A stretch of DNA of 64,000 nucleotides from NCBI GenBank assembly GCA_028284225.1, contig JANQSD010000001.1, positions 212,609 through 276,608 on the forward strand. The letters run 5' to 3'. The notes under the pieces were generated by a model. That model did not search any database, was not told the origin of the DNA, and worked only from the letters and a program-made list of their open reading frames with translations. The translations under genes and the position numbers were made by a program. Source of the DNA: Arenicellales bacterium. Its GTDB lineage: Bacteria > Pseudomonadota > Gammaproteobacteria > Arenicellales > JAHEKD01. Below, one piece after another: positions 47,438 through 57,067 of the stretch. Each line of letters opens with the position of its first letter. Position 1 is the stretch's first letter.

Positions 47438-49291
47438 TTGTTGAGCTTCATTAATTCGAAATCAAACCTCAAGCGACTATCAATACTTGTATTGGTTTTC
47501 GCTTTACCCCTGGTTTACGGGCTGGCTTATTTATTCAACAAAAAACAGCTATATGCACAGTCTGCTTATGCGTTGAATAATCTGGTTGATGTTTTTATAA
47601 GTAATCTTGTCGGGGAAATCGAAAAATATTCTTTTTTACCAGATGTATTATCTGCCGACCCGAATATCAGCAATTTGCTGGTTGATCAGAACAATCAGAA
47701 CTTGATTAGGCAAGCTAATCACAAACTCGAACAAATAAACAATGTATCAAAAGCATCCGATATTTATTTAATGAACAAAGACGGCACTACCATAGCGTCG
47801 AGTAATTGGCAATTACCGCGTTCATTTGTAGGAAAGAATTTTTCATTCCGCCCCTATTTCAAGCAGGCGATCAGTGGCGATCAGGCACGTTATTTTGCCT
47901 ATGGAACAACTTCAAAACAAAGAGGATATTATTTTTCATCACCAATATATAAAAATGACTCTGTGATAGAAGGGGTAATGGTTGTTAAAGTCAGTATGAG
48001 CAGACTGGAGCAAGCCTGGAAGGATTATGGCAATGATTTATTGATCGCTGATGAGAATGGAGTGGTTTTTTCAACCAATAAAACAGCCTGGCAATTTGTT
48101 CAGCTCAACCCATTGTCTGAACAATCCAGAAATAAAATCATTGCAGATAAGCAATATCCTCTGGATTTGCTTGAACCCATAGACATCGATGTAGCTGAAA
48201 CATTGGCAGCCGGTGAGATTCTCTCAATCAAGGGCAGCAACCTCGATGGTAACTATTTGCGTATTAGTCGTGATGTCAGTGTATTAAACTGGCAAGTGCA
48301 TGCACTTGAGGAATCAAGCGAGTTGCGAGCAGCTATATTTTATCGTGCTATTGCAGTTGTATTAATCGCACTGATGCTATTAGCCTTATTATATGCTGCA
48401 GCATTAAGGCGAATTAATCTTACCGAGCAATTTGAGTTTCGTCAGAAAACTGAAAAAGAACTTATCGAGGCCAGAGATAAATTAGAAATAAGGGTAAAAA
48501 AGCGAACTGAGGCACTTACAATCGCTAACCAGGAATTAAAACTGGAAATTGATGAAAGGCAAAAGGCTGAGCAGGAATTAAGATTAGCCCAGGATGGGCT
48601 GATTCATGCTGCCCGGTTGGCAGCACTTGGCCGACTTTCAGCTGAATTAACACACGAGTTAACTCAACCACTTTCGGCTATAAATTCATATGCTGAAAAC
48701 GCGATATCTTTTTTGCAAAATGACAAACCTGAAGCAACCAGTAACAATCTTACTGAAATTTTGCAAGTATGTGAGCGTATGACACAAATCACAACGCAGT
48801 TAAAAAGTTATGCAAGGAAGTCTACTGAGCAAATCGAGGTTGTTGATTTGTCCGATTCTATTAATAATGCTCTTGTATTACTACATTCAAGAATCAGAGA
48901 CAGGCAAGTCAACATTTCCTTAAAGTTGCTGGATGATATTCTGGTTCAGGCGAATAAAGTCAGGCTTGAGCAGGTGTTTGTGAATTTAATTAGTAATGCA
49001 TTGGATGCAATGCAGGCACAGACTCAGCCTGAATTAGTCATCAATCAAAGGTTGGTTGATGATTTCGTTATAACCACTTTAGTAGATAATGGAACTGGAA
49101 TTGAACCTGAACATCTGGACCATATTTTTGATCCTTTTTTTACAACCAAGGACACCGGAGTAGGGTTGGGATTAGGGCTTTCCATATCACATGGAATTAT
49201 TAAGAATTTTGGGGGTGAGTTAACCGCTCAAAATAATTCCCAAGTCGGGGCAAGTTTTTCAGTGTGCTTAACTAAAGCAGAGATGACATGA
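47438..49291 (+). CDS. dctB: C4-dicarboxylate sensor histidine kinase DctB-like
   Basis: Two TM segments flank a large periplasmic domain. The H-box is ELTHELTQPLSAINSY and the ATPase motifs are DNGTGI and GVGLGLGLSISHGI. It is followed by dctD and dctPQM. Confidence 0.8.
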   Translation: MLSFINSKSNLKRLSILVLVFALPLVYGLAYLFNKKQLYAQSAYALNNLVDVFISNLVGEIEKYSFLPDVLSADPNISNLLVDQNNQNLIRQANHKLEQINNVSKASDIYLMNKDGTTIASSNWQLPRSFVGKNFSFRPYFKQAISGDQARYFAYGTTSKQRGYYFSSPIYKNDSVIEGVMVVKVSMSRLEQAWKDYGNDLLIADENGVVFSTNKTAWQFVQLNPLSEQSRNKIIADKQYPLDLLEPIDIDVAETLAAGEILSIKGSNLDGNYLRISRDVSVLNWQVHALEESSELRAAIFYRAIAVVLIALMLLALLYAAALRRINLTEQFEFRQKTEKELIEARDKLEIRVKKRTEALTIANQELKLEIDERQKAEQELRLAQDGLIHAARLAALGRLSAELTHELTQPLSAINSYAENAISFLQNDKPEATSNNLTEILQVCERMTQITTQLKSYARKSTEQIEVVDLSDSINNALVLLHSRIRDRQVNISLKLLDDILVQANKVRLEQVFVNLISNALDAMQAQTQPELVINQRLVDDFVITTLVDNGTGIEPEHLDHIFDPFFTTKDTGVGLGLGLSISHGIIKNFGGELTAQNNSQVGASFSVCLTKAEMT

Positions 49292-50631
49292 GCCATATTA
49301 AGCTAGTTGACGACGATAATGATTTGCGCAAGGCACTGACTCAGACATTGGAGTTGGCCGGCTTTTCTGTGCAAAGTTTTGCCGATGCTGAAATACTGCT
49401 GCAACAGTTGCAACCGGATTACAACGGAATCATTGTTAGTGATTTAAGAATGCCCGGTTTGGATGGGTTGTCATTGCTGGAAAAAGTCACACAGATCGAC
49501 AAAGACATTCCAGTGGTACTAATCACTGGACATGGCGATGTTTCAGTGGCGGTAAAAGCTATTCAAAAAGGCGCTTATGACTTTATCGAAAAACCATTTC
49601 GCAAAGAAACAATCATTGATGTATTGAACAGGGCAGGCGAGAAAAGAAATCTGATTATGGAAAACCGTAATCTGCGCAGCAAGCTGGCCAATCAGACTGA
49701 TCAGGTCTTGATCGGTGAATCCAATGTGATGATGAATTTAAAAAAACAAATCGCCTCATTAGCACAAGCAGATGTTGATGTATTGATTAATGGCGAAACC
49801 GGTACCGGGAAAGAACTTGTGGCCAGAGAGTTACACCGCATGAGCCCGCGCTCAGATGGACCATTCGTTGCTGTGAATTGCGCTGCTATTGCAGACTCGT
49901 TGGTTGAATCGGAGTTATTTGGTCATGAGGCGGGCAGTTTTACCGGTGCATTACAAAAACGTATCGGTAAGTTCGAGCATGCCAATAAAGGTACTATCTT
50001 TTTGGACGAGATTGAGAGTATCCCCCAATCTCTGGCGGCGAAAATATTACGAGTATTACAGGAAAGAAAACTAGAAAGAGTCGGTTCAAATAAGGAAATT
50101 GAACTTGACCTAAGGGTGTTAGCTGCGACTAAGCTTGATTTAAAAACACTTAGTGAACAAGGCAAATTCAGGCAGGATTTGTATTATCGCTTAAATGTTA
50201 TCGAAGTATTTATTCCTGCCTTAAGAGAAAGACTTGAAGATATTCCGTTATTGTTTGAATATTTTAGTCGGCAGGCAGCAGATAAGTATAAGTGTAGCGC
50301 CGTAGTTTTAAATCCCAGATTGACCGAACAGCTATTGAATAGGCAGTGGCCGGGTAATGTTAGGGAATTAAAAAATATCGCCGAGAGATATGTACTGACT
50401 AATCAATTTCCACGGCTTGAATTTAATGATCAACATAACTGTGAACAAGAACTAGATGCCACTAGCAGCCTTCAGGATCAGGTCAGGACCTATGAAAAAA
50501 TGTTAATGGTTGAAGCACTAAGGCAACATAACGGTGACGTTAAACAGGCGTCTAAAGTATTGAAAGTACCTCGCAAAACGTTTTACGACAAGATGAAAAA
50601 ATACTCAATTAGTCGTACTGACTGTAACTGA
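49288..50631 (+). CDS. dctD: Sigma-54-dependent response regulator DctD-like
   Basis: The receiver domain has SDLRMPGLDG. The AAA+ sigma-54 activator core has GETGTGKE and ESELFGHEAGSFTGA. A C-terminal Fis-type HTH follows. Confidence 0.88.
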   Translation: MSHIKLVDDDNDLRKALTQTLELAGFSVQSFADAEILLQQLQPDYNGIIVSDLRMPGLDGLSLLEKVTQIDKDIPVVLITGHGDVSVAVKAIQKGAYDFIEKPFRKETIIDVLNRAGEKRNLIMENRNLRSKLANQTDQVLIGESNVMMNLKKQIASLAQADVDVLINGETGTGKELVARELHRMSPRSDGPFVAVNCAAIADSLVESELFGHEAGSFTGALQKRIGKFEHANKGTIFLDEIESIPQSLAAKILRVLQERKLERVGSNKEIELDLRVLAATKLDLKTLSEQGKFRQDLYYRLNVIEVFIPALRERLEDIPLLFEYFSRQAADKYKCSAVVLNPRLTEQLLNRQWPGNVRELKNIAERYVLTNQFPRLEFNDQHNCEQELDATSSLQDQVRTYEKMLMVEALRQHNGDVKQASKVLKVPRKTFYDKMKKYSISRTDCN

Positions 50632-50884
50632 TCGTTTATAACCTATCTCAAAATGCTCATTTATACTAAGTAAACTGCGCTTTTTCGTCCACTTTTGCTC
50701 CGTCTGAACGTCGCTCGACTAGTTTGAGATAGGTCCTAGTTATTAACACATTCACATTTTTCGCAAACAGCGATCAAAATGATTCTGGAATTTCGCACAA
50801 AATCTCTATCAATTTAATGACTATATTTAGTTTCGTAAGCTTAAGTCATTGAATAATATAAAAATCATATCAAGAGGCAATAAT

Positions 50885-50900
50885 TGGCATGATTATTGCA
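50885..50900 (+). promoter_or_regulatory. Sigma-54 (-24/-12) promoter for dctPQM
   Basis: TGGCAT-gatta-TTGCA matches TGGCAC-N5-TTGCW. It lies about 120 nt upstream of dctP and downstream of the sigma-54 activator gene. Confidence 0.7.
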
Positions 50901-51021
50901 TTAATAAAATAACTCATGAATTTACTATCTGGTAGTAAAATGTTCGCACAATTTGTTGATAGGCTGTTTTTAACAGACGTTTAACAGAGTTATTTAACAT
51001 AAATATTTAAGGAGATTTAAA

Positions 51022-52023
51022 TTGATGAAAAAAGCATTACTTGTGATGACTTGTGCAACACTGTTGGTAAATGCAAATTTTGTACAAGCAAATTGCGATG
51101 ACGGTGAAACGGTCATTAAATTCAGCCATGTCACCAATACGGATAAACACCCAAAAGGCATTGCTGCGTCTTTATTGGAGCAACGGGTTAATGATGAGAT
51201 GAATGGAACTGCCTGTATGCAGGTATTTCCCAATTCAACGCTCTATGATGATAACAAGGTACTAGAAGCATTGTTAAATAATGACGTCCAGCTTGCAGCG
51301 CCGTCTTTGTCGAAATTTGAGGAATACACCAAGAAATATCGTGTATTCGATTTGCCATTCTTATTTAAAGATATAGACGCTGTTGATCGTTTCCAAAATT
51401 CCGAAACCGGACAGGCCTTAAAAGATTCAATGGCTCGTCGTGGATTACAGGGCCTTGAGTTCTGGCACAATGGTATGAAGCAGTTATCAGCTAATAAACC
51501 ACTGATTACGCCTGAAGATGCCAACGGTCTTAAATTTAGAGTTCAGGCCTCAGATGTGTTGGTGGCCCAGTTTGAACAGCTCGGTGCTAATCCCCAGAAA
51601 ATGTCTTTTAAAGAAGTATACGGGGGTCTGCAGACCAAGGTTATTGATGGTCAGGAAAACACTTGGTCAAATATCTACGGTAAAAAATTCTACGAAGTAC
51701 AGGACGGCATAACAGAAAGTAACCACGGCATTATTGATTATCTAGTAGTGACATCGACTGAATGGTGGGAAGGGCTAGATGCTGGTGTTAAAGATCAATT
51801 CTCAAAAATTCTCAAGGAAGTGACAGCTGAGCGTAATGCTGCATCAACAGCCGTAAACGAAGAGAACAAGCAAAATGTTATTGCTGCCGGATCTGAAGTC
51901 AGAACCTTGACTGATGAGCAGCGTGCAGCCTGGGTGGAAGCGTTGAAGCCGGTCTGGGAACAGTTTCAAGATGATATTGGCGCAGATATCATTGAAGCGG
52001 CTGTTGCTTCTAATGATGGCTAA
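51022..52023 (+). CDS. dctP: TRAP transporter substrate-binding protein DctP
   Basis: The 333-aa product has a signal peptide and IKFSHV...HPKG..A typical of DctP. The start is TTG 51022 or ATG 51025. Confidence 0.9.
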   Translation: MMKKALLVMTCATLLVNANFVQANCDDGETVIKFSHVTNTDKHPKGIAASLLEQRVNDEMNGTACMQVFPNSTLYDDNKVLEALLNNDVQLAAPSLSKFEEYTKKYRVFDLPFLFKDIDAVDRFQNSETGQALKDSMARRGLQGLEFWHNGMKQLSANKPLITPEDANGLKFRVQASDVLVAQFEQLGANPQKMSFKEVYGGLQTKVIDGQENTWSNIYGKKFYEVQDGITESNHGIIDYLVVTSTEWWEGLDAGVKDQFSKILKEVTAERNAASTAVNEENKQNVIAAGSEVRTLTDEQRAAWVEALKPVWEQFQDDIGADIIEAAVASNDG

Positions 52024-52035
52024 TTGATTGTTTTG

Positions 52036-52069
52036 GCCGGTCTGGTGTTTGAAACACCGGCCGGCTTTT
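52036..52069 (+). terminator. GC-rich hairpin plus short U-tract between dctP and dctQ (attenuator or partial terminator)
   Basis: The sequence gccggtctggtgtt-tga-aacaccggccggc forms a roughly 13-bp stem with one bulge, followed by TTTT. Confidence 0.5.
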
Positions 52070-52092
52070 CAACTAATACACTGGAGTGAGGA

Positions 52093-52728
52093 ATGTCAGC
52101 TAAAAATTCATGGTCTTCTGCCAGCGATAAACTGGAAGAAAATCTCATCGCTTTGTTTATGGGATTAATGACGGTTATTACCTTTGCCAACGTGATAGCG
52201 CGATATGTTTTTAATAGCAATATCCTTTGGGCACTTGAGGTGACGGTATTTTTGTTTGCCTGGTTGGTGCTGTTGGGCATATCTTATGGCGTTAAAAAAT
52301 CGTTGCACTTGGGTGTGGATGTGGTTTTAAACGCTGTTTCCCCAGGATTGCGGCGGCTATTGACCATCATAGCAGTGTTGTGTTGTCTGTTATTCAGTGT
52401 TCTTTTGTTGAAAGGCTGTTGGGATTACTGGTCGCCGTTTATCGGTAAACGTGCTTTTCTGGAAACTGAAGATGTACCTATGCCGGGCTTTTTGCAATTT
52501 TTAGCTGATTGGCTTAACGAGGGCGAACGTTATGAGAAAATGCCACGATTCATTCCTTACTTTGCCCTGCCTTTGGGTATCGCTCTACTTACTCTACGAT
52601 ATATTCAGCTCACTTGGCGGGTGTTCAAGGGTGAGGTCAACATGTTGATTGCCAGTCATGAAGCCGAGGAAGAGGCGGAAGAGGCGGAAAAGTTGGTGGC
52701 TGTGAACAAAAACGGACAGGAGGGTTAG
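52093..52728 (+). CDS. dctQ: TRAP transporter small permease DctQ
   Basis: The 211-aa product has four TM segments and lies between dctP and dctM. Confidence 0.85.
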   Translation: MSAKNSWSSASDKLEENLIALFMGLMTVITFANVIARYVFNSNILWALEVTVFLFAWLVLLGISYGVKKSLHLGVDVVLNAVSPGLRRLLTIIAVLCCLLFSVLLLKGCWDYWSPFIGKRAFLETEDVPMPGFLQFLADWLNEGERYEKMPRFIPYFALPLGIALLTLRYIQLTWRVFKGEVNMLIASHEAEEEAEEAEKLVAVNKNGQEG

Positions 52729-52731
52729 CAG

Positions 52732-54096
52732 ATGGTTGTCTTGGTATTATTCCTGCTTGTTATCGGTTTACTACTGATCGGTGTGCCGATTGCTGTAGCA
52801 TTAGGATTGTCGAGTATTTTATTTTTGACTGTTCATTCGGATGGTTCGCTGAGTTCGATTGCCCAGACTTTGTTTTCAGCGTTTCATGGCCATTATACGC
52901 TTTTAGCTATTCCGTTTTTTATATTGGCCTCTGTGTTTATGTCCACCGGAGGTGTGGCGAACAGGATTATTCGTTTTGCTATTGCTGTGGTTGGGCACCT
53001 GAAAGGTGGTCTGGCTATTGCCTCGGTATTCGCCTGCATGATGTTTGCCGCTTTATCCGGCTCGTCACCGGCAACGGTGGTCGCTATTGGTACGATTGTT
53101 ATTGCCGGAATGAAACAGGTTGGCTATACCAAGGATTTTGCAGCCGGGGTGATTTGTAATGCGGGAACCTTGGGAATTTTAATTCCGCCTTCCATTGTCA
53201 TGGTGGTCTACGCTGCAGCTGTAGAAGTCTCTGTAGGGCGAATGTTTCTGGCCGGCGTATTACCTGGGCTGATTGCCGGTCTTATGCTGATGATTGGTAT
53301 TTATATAGCAGCAAGAATTAAGGATTTGCCTGCCCAACCCTGGGCGGGTTGGCGAGAAATATTTGAATCAGGCAGGGATGCTTTTTGGGGATTATTACTA
53401 ATAGTGATCATTCTGGGCGGGATTTATGGTGGTGTTTTTACGCCGACCGAGGCGGCGGCAGTGGCTTCGGTATACGCTTTTCTGGTGGCCAATTTCATTT
53501 ATCGTGATATGGGGCCATTCGCTAAACACAACGATAATAGTGGACTGTTGCCTATAAGAATTCTGGCCGTGTTCTGGCACAAAGATACCAGAGAGGCATT
53601 ATTTCAGGCCGGTAAACTAACTATTATGTTAATGTTTATCATTGCTAATGCGTTAATCTTAAAACATGTTTTAACAGAAGAACGAATCCCCCAGGCTATT
53701 ACCGAGGCGATGTTATCAGCAGGATTCGGACCGATAATGTTCCTGATAGTTGTCAATGTGATTCTGTTGATCGGAGGACAGTTTATGGAGCCGTCCGGTT
53801 TACTGGTGATTGTGGCCCCATTGGTATTTCCGATTGCTATTGCTTTAGGTATTGATCCAATTCACTTAGGCATAATCATGGTGGTAAATATGGAAATCGG
53901 CATGATCACACCTCCTGTAGGTTTGAATCTGTTTGTTACTGCCGGGGTAGCGGGGATGTCAGTGCTGAATGTCGTTAAAGCTGCATTACCGTGGTTGGGA
54001 ATTATGTTTATTTTCCTGATTTTAGTCACATATGTGCCCTGGATTTCGACCTGGTTGCCGACTTTGATGATGGGACCGGAAATTATTAATAATTAA
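52732..54096 (+). CDS. dctM: TRAP transporter large permease DctM
   Basis: The 454-aa polytopic protein has ..LLAIPFFILA.. and SGSSPATV, which are DctM motifs. Confidence 0.92.
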   Translation: MVVLVLFLLVIGLLLIGVPIAVALGLSSILFLTVHSDGSLSSIAQTLFSAFHGHYTLLAIPFFILASVFMSTGGVANRIIRFAIAVVGHLKGGLAIASVFACMMFAALSGSSPATVVAIGTIVIAGMKQVGYTKDFAAGVICNAGTLGILIPPSIVMVVYAAAVEVSVGRMFLAGVLPGLIAGLMLMIGIYIAARIKDLPAQPWAGWREIFESGRDAFWGLLLIVIILGGIYGGVFTPTEAAAVASVYAFLVANFIYRDMGPFAKHNDNSGLLPIRILAVFWHKDTREALFQAGKLTIMLMFIIANALILKHVLTEERIPQAITEAMLSAGFGPIMFLIVVNVILLIGGQFMEPSGLLVIVAPLVFPIAIALGIDPIHLGIIMVVNMEIGMITPPVGLNLFVTAGVAGMSVLNVVKAALPWLGIMFIFLILVTYVPWISTWLPTLMMGPEIINN

Positions 54097-54319
54097 GAAC
54101 GTCCCCTAGTTAGTATTCGATTATTTAATGAATGGAGAGGTCGAATTGTTATATACTAGATGGGCTTGAGAGAGAGGTGTGTGGTAGTCTAAGTGTTTAA
54201 TGTTTATAGTTACTTAAAAATAATAACTGCTTAAACATATTATTCATTTGATTCGATCTGGGTAATTCGAATCGAGCTGCCGATTTGATTAAAATTTTAA
54301 CGGGGGTAGTCGTTAAATT

Positions 54320-55222
54320 ATGAATAGAGCTGATCGGTCTAAAGCCTGTGATCTGCTGCCAAAGGGTGTTTTGTCGGCAAAAATTCTTTCGATCTTTTTA
54401 GTCGGTCTGTTAGTAGTTGGAACAGTACCTACAACCCACTCATATCCTAGCGCCAAAGCTGATTTTAATAATATATGGTTAGCGGCAAAAGAATTTTGGG
54501 ATTCATTACATTTTTTTCGATCTCGACCAGTTGAGCAGGAAACCCAATCAAACACCGAAGACAGTTTAGTTGTTCAGTCAAAGCCGGAAATGGCTGTTGA
54601 AAATACTGACTTGGAAAAATTAAAAACACATCCGCAATGCCGGTCGGTGTATGTATCGGAATATCTGCCCACTTTTAATACATCTGCCATAGAGAAGTGT
54701 GAACGAATTATCCAGCAACATGAACAACATCAGTTATTCAATGCTTATGTACAGCAACTTTGCCAGAATCCAGGCTCGACGATGCTTAATCGTAAGCAGA
54801 TCGGTGAAGTACAGCTGCGTTTAAGAAAATATGCCTTGATGTTTCCTCAGTCTGAAATTGTCGTGACGCCATCTGATATCGACGGTATATATGGCAGTAG
54901 AACCTGTCAGATGGTCGCTAATTATCAGATTAAATCCAAATCCGATATCATTAACGGTATAGCCGATACAACGGTTTATAGTGATTTAGCGGCGGCTATT
55001 CCCTTGACTGATACAGAACTTGCAGGGCTGTATTGGCAGCCTTCGACACAATCTGTTGTAGATACTGGCAACGAAGCCGAGTCCAGTGATGATATTCAAG
55101 CTATCGTTTTACCTTCCAATCCGTTTAAACGAATCGTTTTTTGTTTAAAGAATTCTCATTTGGAGCAGTGTCGTTCAGGTCAACAGACCGACTTGGCTAG
55201 AGCAGTAACTGATAGTCGTTAA
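54320..55222 (+). CDS. Hypothetical membrane-anchored protein with a peptidoglycan-binding-like segment
   Basis: The 300-aa product has one N-terminal TM segment (ILSIFLVGLLVVGTV). IDGIYGSRTCQMVANYQ resembles the DGxxGxxTxxAvxxFQ core of PG_binding_1 domains. Confidence 0.5.
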   Translation: MNRADRSKACDLLPKGVLSAKILSIFLVGLLVVGTVPTTHSYPSAKADFNNIWLAAKEFWDSLHFFRSRPVEQETQSNTEDSLVVQSKPEMAVENTDLEKLKTHPQCRSVYVSEYLPTFNTSAIEKCERIIQQHEQHQLFNAYVQQLCQNPGSTMLNRKQIGEVQLRLRKYALMFPQSEIVVTPSDIDGIYGSRTCQMVANYQIKSKSDIINGIADTTVYSDLAAAIPLTDTELAGLYWQPSTQSVVDTGNEAESSDDIQAIVLPSNPFKRIVFCLKNSHLEQCRSGQQTDLARAVTDSR

Positions 55223-55269
55223 AATCTAGATTTATTTGAGAACGCCGCCTAGGTTAAATCGAAATGGTA

Positions 55270-56493
55270 TCAAGCTAACACTTTTTCCTCTCTAAGCGCG
55301 TCTATTTGGTCGTCATTGAGACCAAGCAGTTGTTTAAATATTTCGTTATTGTGACTGCCTATGTCTGGCCCGGGCCAATCAGTTCTACCGGGTGTTCGAT
55401 CCAGCTTCGGAATAATTGCCGGAATATGCAGGCATTTGCCGTCGATCTGTACCTGCTCAAACATTCCACGCGCTTGGTAGTGTTCATCTGACATCATGTC
55501 CTCGACATTATAGATAGGACCGCCAGGTACCCGATTTTCTTCCAGTATAGCGATAATTTCTCTGGATGGTTTCGATAAGCACCAGTCACTTAATGCTTTA
55601 TCAATAATGGCTTCGTTCTTGACTCGGCCTTCGTTATCAGCCATATCCGGATTAGTTGCCATATCCGGATAGCCTGCTGCATTCATGAGACGCTGAAAAA
55701 TTGAATCTCCATTACCGCCTATAACAACGAATTTTCCATCCTGACAACGATATGTATTAGTTGGTACTATTCCGGTTAAGGTGGTACCAGAAGGTTCTCG
55801 TACCACCCCGGCACCGTCGTATTCCGGAATCACAGCCTCCATCAGGTTATACATGGCTTCATAGATAGCGACATCGACAACTTGCCCTTGCTGGTTTTTA
55901 TTTCGTTCCAGCAAGGCCAGTGTAATTCCCAAAGCCGCGTGAATCCCGGCCAATGTATCACCAATGCTTAAATTCGGCCTGACAGGCGCTTGATCGGGAA
56001 AGCCATTAATTGCTCTGAAACCGCTAAACCCTTCACAAACCGAGGCAAAACCGGGTTTCTGGGCTAGCGGACCGTTTTGGCCGTAACCTGAAATTCGTGC
56101 ATAAATGAGCTTAGGGTTAAGTTGCTTGATTTCATCCGGCCCCAAACCCCAATTTTCCATCACACCCGGCCGGAAATTCTCAATTAGAACATCTGCATCA
56201 GTCAGCAGTTGTTTGACCAAATCACGGGCTTTATCTTTCTTAAGATCTAAAGTGATTGACTTTTTATTACGTCCAATACTTCGCCACCAAAGTGAAGTGC
56301 CATTCTCGACTACTCGCCAGTTACGGATCGGATCACCTGATTGCGGTGGCTCAACTTTAATCACTTCGGCTCCAAAATACGCCAGGATAGAACCGGCGAA
56401 GGGTCCGGCAATAAGTTGACCTAATTCAATTACTCTAATACCGTCTAGGGGTCTTGCCTTACTGTGATTATCAGGGATGGTTCGGTTGTTCAT
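55270..56493 (-). CDS. CoA-transferase family III (CaiB/BaiF) protein
   Basis: PLDGIRVIELGQLIAGPFAGSILAYFGAEVIKVEPP is the family N-terminus. ATG 56493 is preferred over the ORF opening at 56577, whose extra 28 aa are hydrophobic and atypical. Confidence 0.85.
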   Translation of the reverse strand: MNNRTIPDNHSKARPLDGIRVIELGQLIAGPFAGSILAYFGAEVIKVEPPQSGDPIRNWRVVENGTSLWWRSIGRNKKSITLDLKKDKARDLVKQLLTDADVLIENFRPGVMENWGLGPDEIKQLNPKLIYARISGYGQNGPLAQKPGFASVCEGFSGFRAINGFPDQAPVRPNLSIGDTLAGIHAALGITLALLERNKNQQGQVVDVAIYEAMYNLMEAVIPEYDGAGVVREPSGTTLTGIVPTNTYRCQDGKFVVIGGNGDSIFQRLMNAAGYPDMATNPDMADNEGRVKNEAIIDKALSDWCLSKPSREIIAILEENRVPGGPIYNVEDMMSDEHYQARGMFEQVQIDGKCLHIPAIIPKLDRTPGRTDWPGPDIGSHNNEIFKQLLGLNDDQIDALREEKVLA

Positions 56494-56551
56494 GTTGGCG
56501 ACCAGCTTCTCGAATATACTTGAGTGTAATTTATTCAGAATTACTAATACT

Positions 56552-57040
56552 ATGCAAGTCGCAATTATTTCAGACATTCATGATCATATTTCAAATCTGC
56601 ACAAAGCATTGGAATCGGCCCGACACTGCGATGTTATGCTTTGTTGTGGTGACTTGTGCTCACCTTTTATTATTCGTCAACTTGGACAGGGCTTTAGTAA
56701 CGATATTCATATCGTATTTGGTAATAACGATGCCGATTTATTCAGAATAACGAATGTAGCTGCTAAATATTCCAACATTTATTTGCACGGTGAACTTGGT
56801 GAAATTGAACTCGACAGTCAATTATTTGCGATAAATCACTTTGATAATATTAGTCGTGTGCTGGCTATGAGTGATAAGTATGATGTGGTCTGTTTTGGCC
56901 ATAATCATCAGTTCGAAATTTCCACAGTGAATAAAACAATTCTCATTAATCCTGGTGAAATCATGGGTGAATTGACAGGTCAGGCCGGCTTTGTGATTTA
57001 CCATACTGACACTAAACAGCCGACCAGAATTGCGTTATAA
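56552..57040 (+). CDS. Metallophosphoesterase, YfcE/MJ0936-like
   Basis: MQVAIISDIHDH, CCGDL, GNNDAD and FGHNH are the calcineurin-like phosphoesterase motifs. ATG 56552 is preferred over the ORF opening at 56477. Confidence 0.85.
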   Translation: MQVAIISDIHDHISNLHKALESARHCDVMLCCGDLCSPFIIRQLGQGFSNDIHIVFGNNDADLFRITNVAAKYSNIYLHGELGEIELDSQLFAINHFDNISRVLAMSDKYDVVCFGHNHQFEISTVNKTILINPGEIMGELTGQAGFVIYHTDTKQPTRIAL

Positions 57041-57067
57041 ACTGATTGCAGGGGTTTAGATTCGATC

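Noticed and set aside
56477-56577. Apparent 100-bp overlap of the divergent CoA-transferase and phosphoesterase ORFs
   Set aside because: It is an artefact of maximal ORF extension. Family-typical N-termini begin at ATG 56493 (minus strand) and ATG 56552 (plus strand), which leaves a 58-bp divergent gap.
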